NCBI GenBank assembly: GCA_006226685.1
Contig: SBGG01000076.1
Coordinates: 5,111 to 69,110, forward strand
Origin: Sphingomonadales bacterium
GTDB lineage: Bacteria > Pseudomonadota > Alphaproteobacteria > Sphingomonadales > Sphingomonadaceae
Length of the DNA stretch: 64,000 nt
Reading direction: 5' to 3'
Each line of letters opens with the position of its first letter. Within the stretch, counting starts at the first letter, position 1. The notes under the pieces are model-generated. The model had not been told where the DNA came from. It ran no database searches and was given only the letters and a program-made list of their open reading frames with translations. This document shows positions 48,383-55,461 of the stretch, piece by piece. The translations under genes and the position numbers were made by a program.

Positions 48383-49669
48383 TCATGCTGCGGCCTTTGT
48401 CGTCACTATCGCCCAGTCGCTGCCGGGATCGGCTAAGGCCGCGAGATCGGTAATGCGCTGCCCCAGCAATTTCTTGCCCTGCCGCAAGGCGCGGGCGGCG
48501 TTGACGGAGGTCACCCCGATGACCTCGTCACCCGTCAGGTGGAAGATGAGGAAGTTGCCCTCTGCCCTGTTTCCGCGCACCACGTCGCGTTCCCCGATCG
48601 GGGTGCCGAATACCTGTACCGCTATGTCATATTGGTCGGTCCAGTAGGAGGATTGCTCGGTATAGGCCGGATCGTGGCCATCGATCAGCATGCGGCCGAC
48701 ATGTTCGCCATGGGCGGCGGCGTGGGCCCAGGTCTCCTGCCGGTCATGCCGCCCCAGCCGGTCGTTGAAATGCCAGGCGATTTCGCCGGCGGCATAGATG
48801 AAGGGATCGCTGGTACGCCCTGCGGAATCGACCATGATACCGGTCGGTGCGATCGCCAGACCTGCCTGTTCCGCCAGCGCGATGTTGGGAACAACCCCGA
48901 TGCCGACCAGCACCAGATCGGCCTGAAACCGGTGTCCGTCCGACAAGGTGAAGGTCGGGCCGTTCGCTGTCCGGTCGATCGTTGCGATATGGGTGCCGAG
49001 GCGAAGATCTACACCCGCCGCGCGATGGCGATCTTCGAGGAAATTGCTCAACAGGGGAGAGGCAGCGCGGGCCATGACCCGATCGGCAGGATCGATCACC
49101 AGCACGGAACGGGTGCCGTCGGCGAGAACGGCGGCGGCTTCCAGCCCGATCACGCCCGCACCGATGATCGCGACCTTGCGTGCATTCTCCATCGCACCGC
49201 GCAGCCGGAGTGCATCGTCCAGCGTGCGCAGATAATGGACATGGTCGGTGCCGGGCGGCAGATCGGTCAGCGTCCGGACCGAGGAACCGGTCGCCAGCAC
49301 CAGCCGGTCATACCCGATAGAGTCTCCGCCCTGCAGTGCGATCATACGCCGTTCCGGGTGGAGCGCCGCGCAGCGTGCGCCCAGCCGCAGTTCGATCTGC
49401 GCCGCGGCCAGCTCTTCCGGTCGGGTCAGGTGGATGCGGCTTTCTTCCCCGGCCTTCATCAATACGGCCTTGGACAGGGGCGGGCGATCATAAGGCAGAT
49501 GCTCTTCATCGCTCAGCAGCAGGATCGACCCGGTAAAGCCTGCCTCCCGCAAGGAGAAGGCGACCCGGACACCGGCCAGCCCCGCGCCGACGATGACGAC
49601 CCGGCTCCTTTCGTTCAGTGGCGCGGGATCTCCCTGGGCATTTTTTTCCATCACTGTCTCGCTTGTCAT
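48383..49669 (-). CDS. FAD-dependent ferredoxin--NAD(P)+ reductase (glutathione-reductase-type)
   Basis: 428 aa. FAD fold VVIVGAGLAGVRVA and NAD fold VAIIGAGVIGLEAA, with the reductase C-terminal dimerisation region. The ATG overlaps the stop of the upstream dioxygenase gene (ATGA). Confidence 0.9.
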   Translation of the reverse strand: MTSETVMEKNAQGDPAPLNERSRVVIVGAGLAGVRVAFSLREAGFTGSILLLSDEEHLPYDRPPLSKAVLMKAGEESRIHLTRPEELAAAQIELRLGARCAALHPERRMIALQGGDSIGYDRLVLATGSSVRTLTDLPPGTDHVHYLRTLDDALRLRGAMENARKVAIIGAGVIGLEAAAVLADGTRSVLVIDPADRVMARAASPLLSNFLEDRHRAAGVDLRLGTHIATIDRTANGPTFTLSDGHRFQADLVLVGIGVVPNIALAEQAGLAIAPTGIMVDSAGRTSDPFIYAAGEIAWHFNDRLGRHDRQETWAHAAAHGEHVGRMLIDGHDPAYTEQSSYWTDQYDIAVQVFGTPIGERDVVRGNRAEGNFLIFHLTGDEVIGVTSVNAARALRQGKKLLGQRITDLAALADPGSDWAIVTTKAAA

Positions 49670-50481
49670 CGGTCGGCCCTGATTTCGATCGCGCCCATGC
49701 CGGTGATCCAGGCGGGCACGGCTTCATAATAAATCTCTTCACCGCGAGCGCCGGGCAGGGCACCTGCGGCAAACAGCCATGCAATCATTTCCAGTCCGCC
49801 ATTGCCCGATGCGGCGACGATCTCCTCGCTGCTCAGTTCCGCCAGCTTTTCGGCCTGGCCCGTAATGATGGCGTCAATGACTTCCTTATCGAACGCATCG
49901 GCGATCTGCCCTTCTCCGGGCATGCGCAGCCAGTGAGAAAGCCCCCCGGTACCGACGACCAGAACCCGCTCGCCTTCCGGTCTTTCCTCTTCGACGAAGC
50001 GGTGCAGCACCTCCCCCAGCCGGTAGCAGCGGCGCGGCGAAGGCGGCACGGGCATGGCAGCGTTGATGTAGAGCGGAACGGTCGGAATGGCGTTGCCGGG
50101 ATCGAGCACCAGCTTGGGGAAGGCGGTGCCATGGTCGGGCCGCATTTCCTCTACCTGCACCAGCTCATAATCATGATGGGCAGCGAAGCGGGCAAAGGCT
50201 TCCGCAAAGGCGCGATCCCCCGGGAAACGGCTGACCGGAACGCCGCCGTCGCCCAGCGTTTCGAAGCTGTCGGCAATGCCGATGGCGAGCGTCACCTGCA
50301 TGGCGAGGGTGAAATTATTAAGGTGATCCGCCCCGGCCAGAATGATGAGATCGGGGTTCAGCGCGCGAACGCGCCGGCGTATTTCCAGCATGCCCTGCAA
50401 GACACGCTCGGCCTGTTCCTCTATGCCGTCGGGCGGGAACATGATGTGCGACATTGCGATGGCGCCTATGACCTTACCCAT
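49666..50481 (-). CDS. Class III extradiol dioxygenase, catalytic (LigB/CarBb-like) subunit
   Basis: 271 aa with GAIAMSHIMF, LIILAGADHLNNF, RPDHGTAFP and GTGGLSHWL, which are LigB-family metal and active-site blocks. Confidence 0.88.
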   Translation of the reverse strand: MGKVIGAIAMSHIMFPPDGIEEQAERVLQGMLEIRRRVRALNPDLIILAGADHLNNFTLAMQVTLAIGIADSFETLGDGGVPVSRFPGDRAFAEAFARFAAHHDYELVQVEEMRPDHGTAFPKLVLDPGNAIPTVPLYINAAMPVPPSPRRCYRLGEVLHRFVEEERPEGERVLVVGTGGLSHWLRMPGEGQIADAFDKEVIDAIITGQAEKLAELSSEEIVAASGNGGLEMIAWLFAAGALPGARGEEIYYEAVPAWITGMGAIEIRADR

Positions 50482-50482
50482 A

Positions 50483-50773
50483 TTATCGCTCCAGAAGGCG
50501 GTCGAGATAGGCGTCGAGGGGACCCGCGCCGACCAGTTTGGCGCCGTCGCCGCCGGAATGGCGCAGGCGCAGATATTTCATTTGCAGATTGGGATGGACG
50601 CCAAGGCCGGTCATCGCCTCCATCGATCCGCTATCCAGCAAGGCGGCCTCTTCCGGGCTGATCTCATATTGGTCGAAAATCGGCTGCGGGTCGGTTGCAA
50701 AGCGGGCGGCGGCCGCCGGATCGCGCATCATGTCCTGAATCAGCTTGTGAATGCGATAGGGCGCACGGGTCAT
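50483..50773 (-). CDS. Extradiol dioxygenase small (LigA/CarBa-like) subunit
   Basis: 96 aa from an internal ATG at 50773 (MTRAPYRIHKLIQDMMRDPAAAARFATDPQPIFDQYEISPEEAALLDSGSMEAMTGLGVHPNL), a LigA-like pattern. The ATG overlaps the hydrolase stop (ATGA), and its stop lies 1 nt before the catalytic-subunit ATG. Confidence 0.72.
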   Translation of the reverse strand: MTRAPYRIHKLIQDMMRDPAAAARFATDPQPIFDQYEISPEEAALLDSGSMEAMTGLGVHPNLQMKYLRLRHSGGDGAKLVGAGPLDAYLDRLLER

Positions 50774-51612
50774 TTCGGCTGAACCTCGAACAGGCCGTCC
50801 TGAAAGAAAGCGGTCGTGATCGCGGCAAATTCGCCGGGGGCCTCGATCATCACCCAATGGCCGACATGGGGGAGGACGAAGCCCCAGCTATTGGGCAGCA
50901 GGTCGAGGAACCCATAGGTGCGGGCGAGCACGGCGACCTGATCTTCCTTGCCGCCGACGACCAGCGTCGGCGTCTGCACCTTCGCAATCTCTTCCCGGGG
51001 ATAGGTCATCCCTTCCTGGGCGAGCTTCCGGTTGATCGCGCCAAGTGCTTCCCGGCTGCCCGGTTCCATGGTGAGTTCATAGCGATACTGCACCAGTTCA
51101 TCCTCGATCCGGTAGTGCGACCCGGCGAGTACGCTCATCAGCGTGCGCATGCCCTCCGGCGTATAGTCATAGGATGCCAGTATCTTTTTGGCGGCCGGGT
51201 CAGGGTTGCTGATGTCGAGGCCGGCCGCGCCCATCAGGACGAGTTTGCGGATCAGGTCCGGCCGGGCGATCGCAACGCCCAGCGCCGTGGCGCCGCCCAT
51301 GGAATTGCCGATCAGGAAAACCGGCTCCTCCCCGGCCACGGCGTCGATGAAGGCGGCCATGTGGCGGTTGCGATTGGCCTGCCCATAATCAAATTGTTCG
51401 GGGTCAGGGCGGCCCGATCGACCGAAGCCCGGCATGTCGACCGCGATGGTGCGGAAATGGCGGGCATAACCATCAAGGCACCCGCGCCAGTTGCCCCAGG
51501 CATCCGCACCGGACCCGCCCCCGTGAATCAGGACGAGGACCGGACCACTTCCGGTTTCCAGATAATGGGTCTTCACCCCCGCTATGTCGATGAATTTGCT
51601 TTCCACGTTCAT
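50770..51612 (-). CDS. Meta-cleavage compound (C-C bond) hydrolase, BphD/CarC-like alpha/beta hydrolase
   Basis: 280 aa with VLIHGGGSGADAWGNW, the nucleophile elbow LIGNSMGG and a C-terminal VGHWVMIE, as in MCP hydrolases. It is the first gene of the hydrolase-dioxygenase-reductase operon. Confidence 0.9.
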   Translation of the reverse strand: MNVESKFIDIAGVKTHYLETGSGPVLVLIHGGGSGADAWGNWRGCLDGYARHFRTIAVDMPGFGRSGRPDPEQFDYGQANRNRHMAAFIDAVAGEEPVFLIGNSMGGATALGVAIARPDLIRKLVLMGAAGLDISNPDPAAKKILASYDYTPEGMRTLMSVLAGSHYRIEDELVQYRYELTMEPGSREALGAINRKLAQEGMTYPREEIAKVQTPTLVVGGKEDQVAVLARTYGFLDLLPNSWGFVLPHVGHWVMIEAPGEFAAITTAFFQDGLFEVQPK

Positions 51613-51633
51613 GTCTTACCCCTCGGCGTCTTT

Positions 51634-51662
51634 GCATATTGCATACTGTATGCTTTGTATGA
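51634..51662. promoter_or_regulatory. Operator array S7 (GCATAT-t-GCATAC-t-GTATGC-ttt-GTATGA) upstream of the hydrolase operon
   Basis: The perfect 13-bp core GCATACTGTATGC (51641-51653) is flanked on each side by one degenerate hexamer. It lies 22-50 nt upstream of the hydrolase ATG (51612). Confidence 0.55.
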
Positions 51663-51814
51663 AGTGCAAGCGTCAATGCAGAAGGGGGCGGGCTTGTCGG
51701 GCGCCGGGAGAGGGGAAAGCCGGTCTGTGGCGTGGAAATGATGATCCCCGGACATCCCCTTGTTCAGGGATGCCCGGGGACTTTCAGGGAATGGGGCGAA
51801 CCGCCTGTGTTTGA

Positions 51815-52591
51815 TCAGGCGGTGGCTTCTGCTTTCGACGCCTTGGGCCTGTCGTCATTGGCGGCGCCCCCGACCGCGTTCAGCGGGGCGGCGTCTTCCA
51901 GTACATATTTGAGGTTCTTGCGGACCGTGTCGATATAGCTGCGCATTTCCGCTTCGGCGCGCGCGGGGTCTCCGGCGATCACGGCTTCCATGACCTTGCC
52001 TTCATATTCGATTTCCAGCGCCCGATATTCCGGAACGCTGAAAATAGCGCGGCGCGCGGGCTGGGCCTGATCGTCGAGCAGTTGCGAGCAGCGAGCAAGG
52101 AGGCCGTTGCGGCACATGCTGCGCAGGGCGCTGCGGAATTCCACATTGGCGCGGATGAACTTGTCGAGGTCGCCCGCTTCATGGGCAGCACACTGCCCCT
52201 TATGAAGCTTTTCCAGCGCCTTGCGCTGGGAAGCGGTGCCTTCTACGGCGGCATGATAGGCCAGCCGGGGATCGATCAGTTCGCGCACTTCATGACGGTC
52301 CGCCGTCATCTGGGAATCGTCTTCGGCCACGACATAGCCGCGCTCGGCCGGGCTGAGCAGGCCGTCGCGAGACAATTGAAACAGCGCTTCGCGAACAGGG
52401 GTTCGCGATACATTATACCGCTTGGCAAGTTCGCCTTCGACCAGGCGGCTGCCCGGTTCCAGCATGCCGACCTTGAGGTCGTCCAGTATCAGGGCATAAA
52501 CCTGATCCCGAAGGCGATCGACCTGTACGACAGTCCTGGGGATGCGTGCCATTATTGTGAAGACTCCTTTGTTCCTGTCCATGCCGAACAT
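51815..52591 (-). CDS. GntR-family transcriptional regulator (FadR/FCD subfamily)
   Basis: The wHTH is LVEGELAKRYNVSRTPVREALFQLSRDGLL, followed by an all-helical FCD-like C-terminal domain. An alternative start at ATG 52552 follows AAGGAG. Confidence 0.88.
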   Translation of the reverse strand: MFGMDRNKGVFTIMARIPRTVVQVDRLRDQVYALILDDLKVGMLEPGSRLVEGELAKRYNVSRTPVREALFQLSRDGLLSPAERGYVVAEDDSQMTADRHEVRELIDPRLAYHAAVEGTASQRKALEKLHKGQCAAHEAGDLDKFIRANVEFRSALRSMCRNGLLARCSQLLDDQAQPARRAIFSVPEYRALEIEYEGKVMEAVIAGDPARAEAEMRSYIDTVRKNLKYVLEDAAPLNAVGGAANDDRPKASKAEATA

Positions 52592-52720
52592 CTTTGTTGA
52601 GCTTTCCTCGGCATTATTATCCTTATTGGCGACTTGCGGCCCCGGTCCCGCACGAAGCGTGATTTCTGTTACATGGTGCTGATATTAATAGCGGCAAGTT
52701 GCGGATACCGCCAGCCTTCC

Positions 52721-52740
52721 GCATGCGGTATTCTGAATAA
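52721..52740. promoter_or_regulatory. Operator-like hexamer array S8 (GCATGC-g-GTATTC-t-GAATAA) upstream of the GntR gene
   Basis: It has the same three-hexamer architecture as S4 and lies about 130 nt upstream of the GntR start, which may indicate autoregulation. The match is degenerate. Confidence 0.35.
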
Positions 52741-52812
52741 TCAGGATTGACCGGAAGAATTGGGCAATGCCGCCCATGGGATGAGTCGTCCGATTTCCGA
52801 CTTCCATTTGTC

Positions 52813-53574
52813 TCATGGGTTCGTGGTCCGCATGGTGGCACGCATCAGCCTGCCTGGACCCATCGGGTGCACATGCAGCAGGGTGGCCATCCGCCAGGCC
52901 AGAAGCTGAAGGCTGGTCAGCACGCTTATTCTCAGTTCGCTTTCCAGTTCGTCGATCAGCGGCACAGCGCGCAGCCCGGTGCAGGAAAGAAAAATTGCAT
53001 CGGGGCGGCAGGTCATTGCGGAACGGGCCGCCGCCCTGATGCTCTCGGCGGATATCGATGTAATGTCCGCATCGGTCGCGTCGAAATGGCCCAGCCATGG
53101 AATGTCGAGGCCTTGCGACGACAAGGCCCCGGCGACCATTCGGCTTTGTTCCTCATCATAAGGGCTGACGATGGCAATCCGGCGCAACCCCATGATACGG
53201 CAGGCGACAAGGGCGGCATGGACCGGGTCGGCGGCCATGATGGTGCATCCCGGGCGGGCAAAGGCCGCGCGAAGACGCGGTTCGCCCAACCGCACCGCGC
53301 CGGTCGTGCAGGCGAAGCCGATGACGGGCGGAGGCGCGGAGGGGAGCAGGCTGGCGGCGGCTGCCCGCAGGGATGCTTCCAGCCCATTGTCATCGGCCGG
53401 GAAGGGGATGCGCGCCATATGCAGGTCGGTTTCCGCACCGAGAAGGCGGTGCATGGTGGGGCCGCTCACAGGATCGTCATCGAACAGGACAAGGCCCGCT
53501 CCGCGCATGGGGTAATGGGTGCTCGACCAGTTTTTTCGTTCGACTATCATGGTTGTGGGTTCCCCTTGATCCAT
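52813..53574 (-). CDS. Asp/Glu/hydantoin racemase superfamily protein (maleate cis-trans isomerase / arylmalonate decarboxylase-like)
   Basis: 253 aa with two Cys-containing pseudo-symmetric halves (VIGFACTTGA and AIFLSCTGLRAV), as in maleate isomerases. An alternative start is ATG 53550. Confidence 0.75.
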   Translation of the reverse strand: MDQGEPTTMIVERKNWSSTHYPMRGAGLVLFDDDPVSGPTMHRLLGAETDLHMARIPFPADDNGLEASLRAAAASLLPSAPPPVIGFACTTGAVRLGEPRLRAAFARPGCTIMAADPVHAALVACRIMGLRRIAIVSPYDEEQSRMVAGALSSQGLDIPWLGHFDATDADITSISAESIRAAARSAMTCRPDAIFLSCTGLRAVPLIDELESELRISVLTSLQLLAWRMATLLHVHPMGPGRLMRATMRTTNP

Positions 53575-53596
53575 GTCCGGCTTTACAACTATTATT

Positions 53597-53609
53597 GTGC
53601 ACCGTATGC
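53597..53609. promoter_or_regulatory. Degenerate operator-like site S9 (GTGCAC-c-GTATGC) between the divergent isomerase-like and quinone oxidoreductase genes
   Basis: One perfect hexamer and one 3/6 hexamer with the correct 1-bp spacing. Confidence 0.3.
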
Positions 53610-53637
53610 AATTAAAATTCCATCATTGGGAGGAAAC

Positions 53638-54666
53638 ATGATTGCAATGGATGTCCCGGCAACGATGCGGGCGGTGCGGCTGGACGAAGTCGGGCCTCCG
53701 GAAAATCTGAAGATTGTCGAACGGGAGGTGCCGCGGGTCGGCCCTCATGACATATTGATCCGTACCGCGCTTGCCGGGCTGATCTATGGCGATACGGAGG
53801 CCCGGCGCGGCACTTATTTCAGCGAAACGATCCTGCCCTTTTTCCCGGGCCGGGAGGTCGCCGGTACGATCGTCGCCGTGGGGAATGAGGTCGATCAGTT
53901 CATTGTCGGGGATCGTGTGATCGCGCTGGTGATCGCGGGCGGCTGCTGCGCCGATTATGTGCTGGCATCGACCCGGCCGACGGAAAAGCCGGGCGGAGGC
54001 ATGAACCCGCCCGCCGACATCATCCGGTTGCCCGCTTCGGTCGCGTTCGAGGCCGCGCTGCCTTATCTGGTCAATTTCCGGCTGGCGCATTTCCTGTTTC
54101 ACGGCTCCAGCAAGGTGCCGCCGCGCGCGCGCGTTCTGATCCATGGCGGCAGCGGTGGCATGGGGTCGATGATGACCCAGCTTGCGCGGGCGCAGAATTG
54201 CCTCGTCATCGCGACCTGTCGCACGGAGGATGAGGCCGCCTTCTGTCGTCGTCTCGGCGCGGACCATGTCATCCTCTCAGGGCAGGAGGATTATGCTGCG
54301 CGGGTGATGGAAATAACCGACGGCGCGGGCATTGATTTCAGCTTTAACGGGGTCGGGGGGGAAACGCTGAACCGGGATTTCGATATACTCGTCCCGTTTG
54401 GCGAAGTGCAGGCCTATGGTTATGTCGCGGGCAAGACCCTGTTCGATGTCTTCCGCGTCGGTAAGACGATCACGCTCAAGACTTTCTCGGCCGATGATTA
54501 TCTGAAGACGCCGATGCTGCCCGCCGCGACACAGGCGATGCTGGACTGGTTCGAAACGGGGCCGCTGATCCCGGCGGAAACGATCTTCCCGCTGGCAGAG
54601 GTGGTCGAGGCTAACCGTCTGCTCGACCGGGGCGGCGTGCTCGGCAAGGTTGCCCTGCGGCCATAA
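53638..54666 (+). CDS. Zinc-type alcohol dehydrogenase / NADPH:quinone oxidoreductase (MDR superfamily)
   Basis: 342 aa from ATG 53638 after GGGAGGAAAC. Sequence blocks are MRAVRLDEVGPPENLKIVEREVPRVGPHDILIRTALAGLIYGD, PGREVAGTIVAVG and VLIHGGSGGMGS. The ORF-track entry 52747..54666 carries a spurious N-terminal extension antisense to the isomerase gene. Confidence 0.88.
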   Translation: MIAMDVPATMRAVRLDEVGPPENLKIVEREVPRVGPHDILIRTALAGLIYGDTEARRGTYFSETILPFFPGREVAGTIVAVGNEVDQFIVGDRVIALVIAGGCCADYVLASTRPTEKPGGGMNPPADIIRLPASVAFEAALPYLVNFRLAHFLFHGSSKVPPRARVLIHGGSGGMGSMMTQLARAQNCLVIATCRTEDEAAFCRRLGADHVILSGQEDYAARVMEITDGAGIDFSFNGVGGETLNRDFDILVPFGEVQAYGYVAGKTLFDVFRVGKTITLKTFSADDYLKTPMLPAATQAMLDWFETGPLIPAETIFPLAEVVEANRLLDRGGVLGKVALRP

Positions 54667-54811
54667 CGGATCTCTATCCCGGAATTTCGGCGATATATTC
54701 CGACGATGGCGGCGGCGGTGGTCGCGGCCATCGTCGGAGCCAGCCGCACGGGGAGGAAGGCGATGAACGGAATTTCTTTCCTTGTGGCGCTTTCCCTTCC
54801 ATGGTTCCGGC

Positions 54812-55429
54812 ATGAGCGAGGATTTTGACTTTCGAAAGCACATGCGTCGCCGTTCGAACCGGTGGAATAACGTCTACCCCCTGCCCAGGAATAAGCGGAC
54901 GAAGAAACGCAAATTTCCGCTGGCCATGGCCCTGATGGCTTTTGTCGCCGCCGCCGGGATCACTCATGCTCTGATGAATGGCGACGGGGCGGCCCCGGCC
55001 GGTGCGGACGCAACGCCGGTGGACCGAGCCCCGGCAGATATGGCACCGGCTGCCGCTACCGCCGCTACCGCCGCTACCGCCGCTACCGCCGCTACCGCCG
55101 CCGAGCCCACCTATTCCTGTTTCGGCCCGACCGTGGTCGATGGTGACACGATCCGTTGCGCTGGAAAGCGTGTCCGCCTGTCGTCGATCGATGCACCCGA
55201 AATGCCCGACCATTGCCGCCCCGGCAGGCGGTGCACGCCCGGAGACCCCTTCGCCAGCAAGGCCAATCTGCAATCGCTGACACGGTCTCGGCGCGTGACC
55301 TGCCGCGAGGTCGATATCGATCATTATGGCCGGTCGGTCGCCTTCTGCTCGGTGGGGGGAAAGGATCTCTCCTGCGCGCAGGTGCAGGGGGGCTTCGCCG
55401 TCCGCCGTTATGGCAGTTTGCGCTGCTGA
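54812..55429 (+). CDS. Membrane-anchored thermonuclease (SNase-like) family protein with an (AAT)n linker
   Basis: The N-terminus is basic and has a TM segment (FPLAMALMAFVAAAGITHALM), followed by an Ala/Thr/Pro linker. The SNase-like core is VVDGDTIRCAGKRVRLSSIDAPE ... DHYGRSVAFC ... QVQGGFAV. Confidence 0.78.
   Translation: MSEDFDFRKHMRRRSNRWNNVYPLPRNKRTKKRKFPLAMALMAFVAAAGITHALMNGDGAAPAGADATPVDRAPADMAPAAATAATAATAATAATAAEPTYSCFGPTVVDGDTIRCAGKRVRLSSIDAPEMPDHCRPGRRCTPGDPFASKANLQSLTRSRRVTCREVDIDHYGRSVAFCSVGGKDLSCAQVQGGFAVRRYGSLRC
55055..55099 (+). repeat. Five perfect tandem copies of the 9-bp unit GCTACCGCC inside the thermonuclease-like gene
   Basis: Read directly: gctaccgcc x5, preceded by a degenerate gctgcc. 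The repeat is in frame and encodes (AAT)5 in the linker. Confidence 0.95.
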
Positions 55430-55461
55430 ACCGCCGCATCCGAATCGCTATGGGGGCCTTT

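Noticed and set aside
52747-54666. 639-aa ORF that could be read as a large fusion protein
   Set aside because: Only the last 342 codons look like a real protein (MDR quinone oxidoreductase), and they are preceded by a strong RBS (GGGAGGAAAC) and ATG 53638. The first ~297 codons are antisense to the isomerase-like gene and pass through intergenic operator DNA.
55055-55099. Short tandem repeat considered as a possible CRISPR or other array
   Set aside because: The units are only 9 bp, contiguous with no spacers, in frame within a coding sequence, and there are no cas genes. It is a coding microsatellite/VNTR.
54674-55324. 216-aa minus-strand ORF containing GGSGGSGGSGGSGGS
   Set aside because: The Gly-Ser repeat is simply the reverse-complement reading of the 9-bp tandem repeat inside the thermonuclease-like gene. 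The rest of the ORF has no features.
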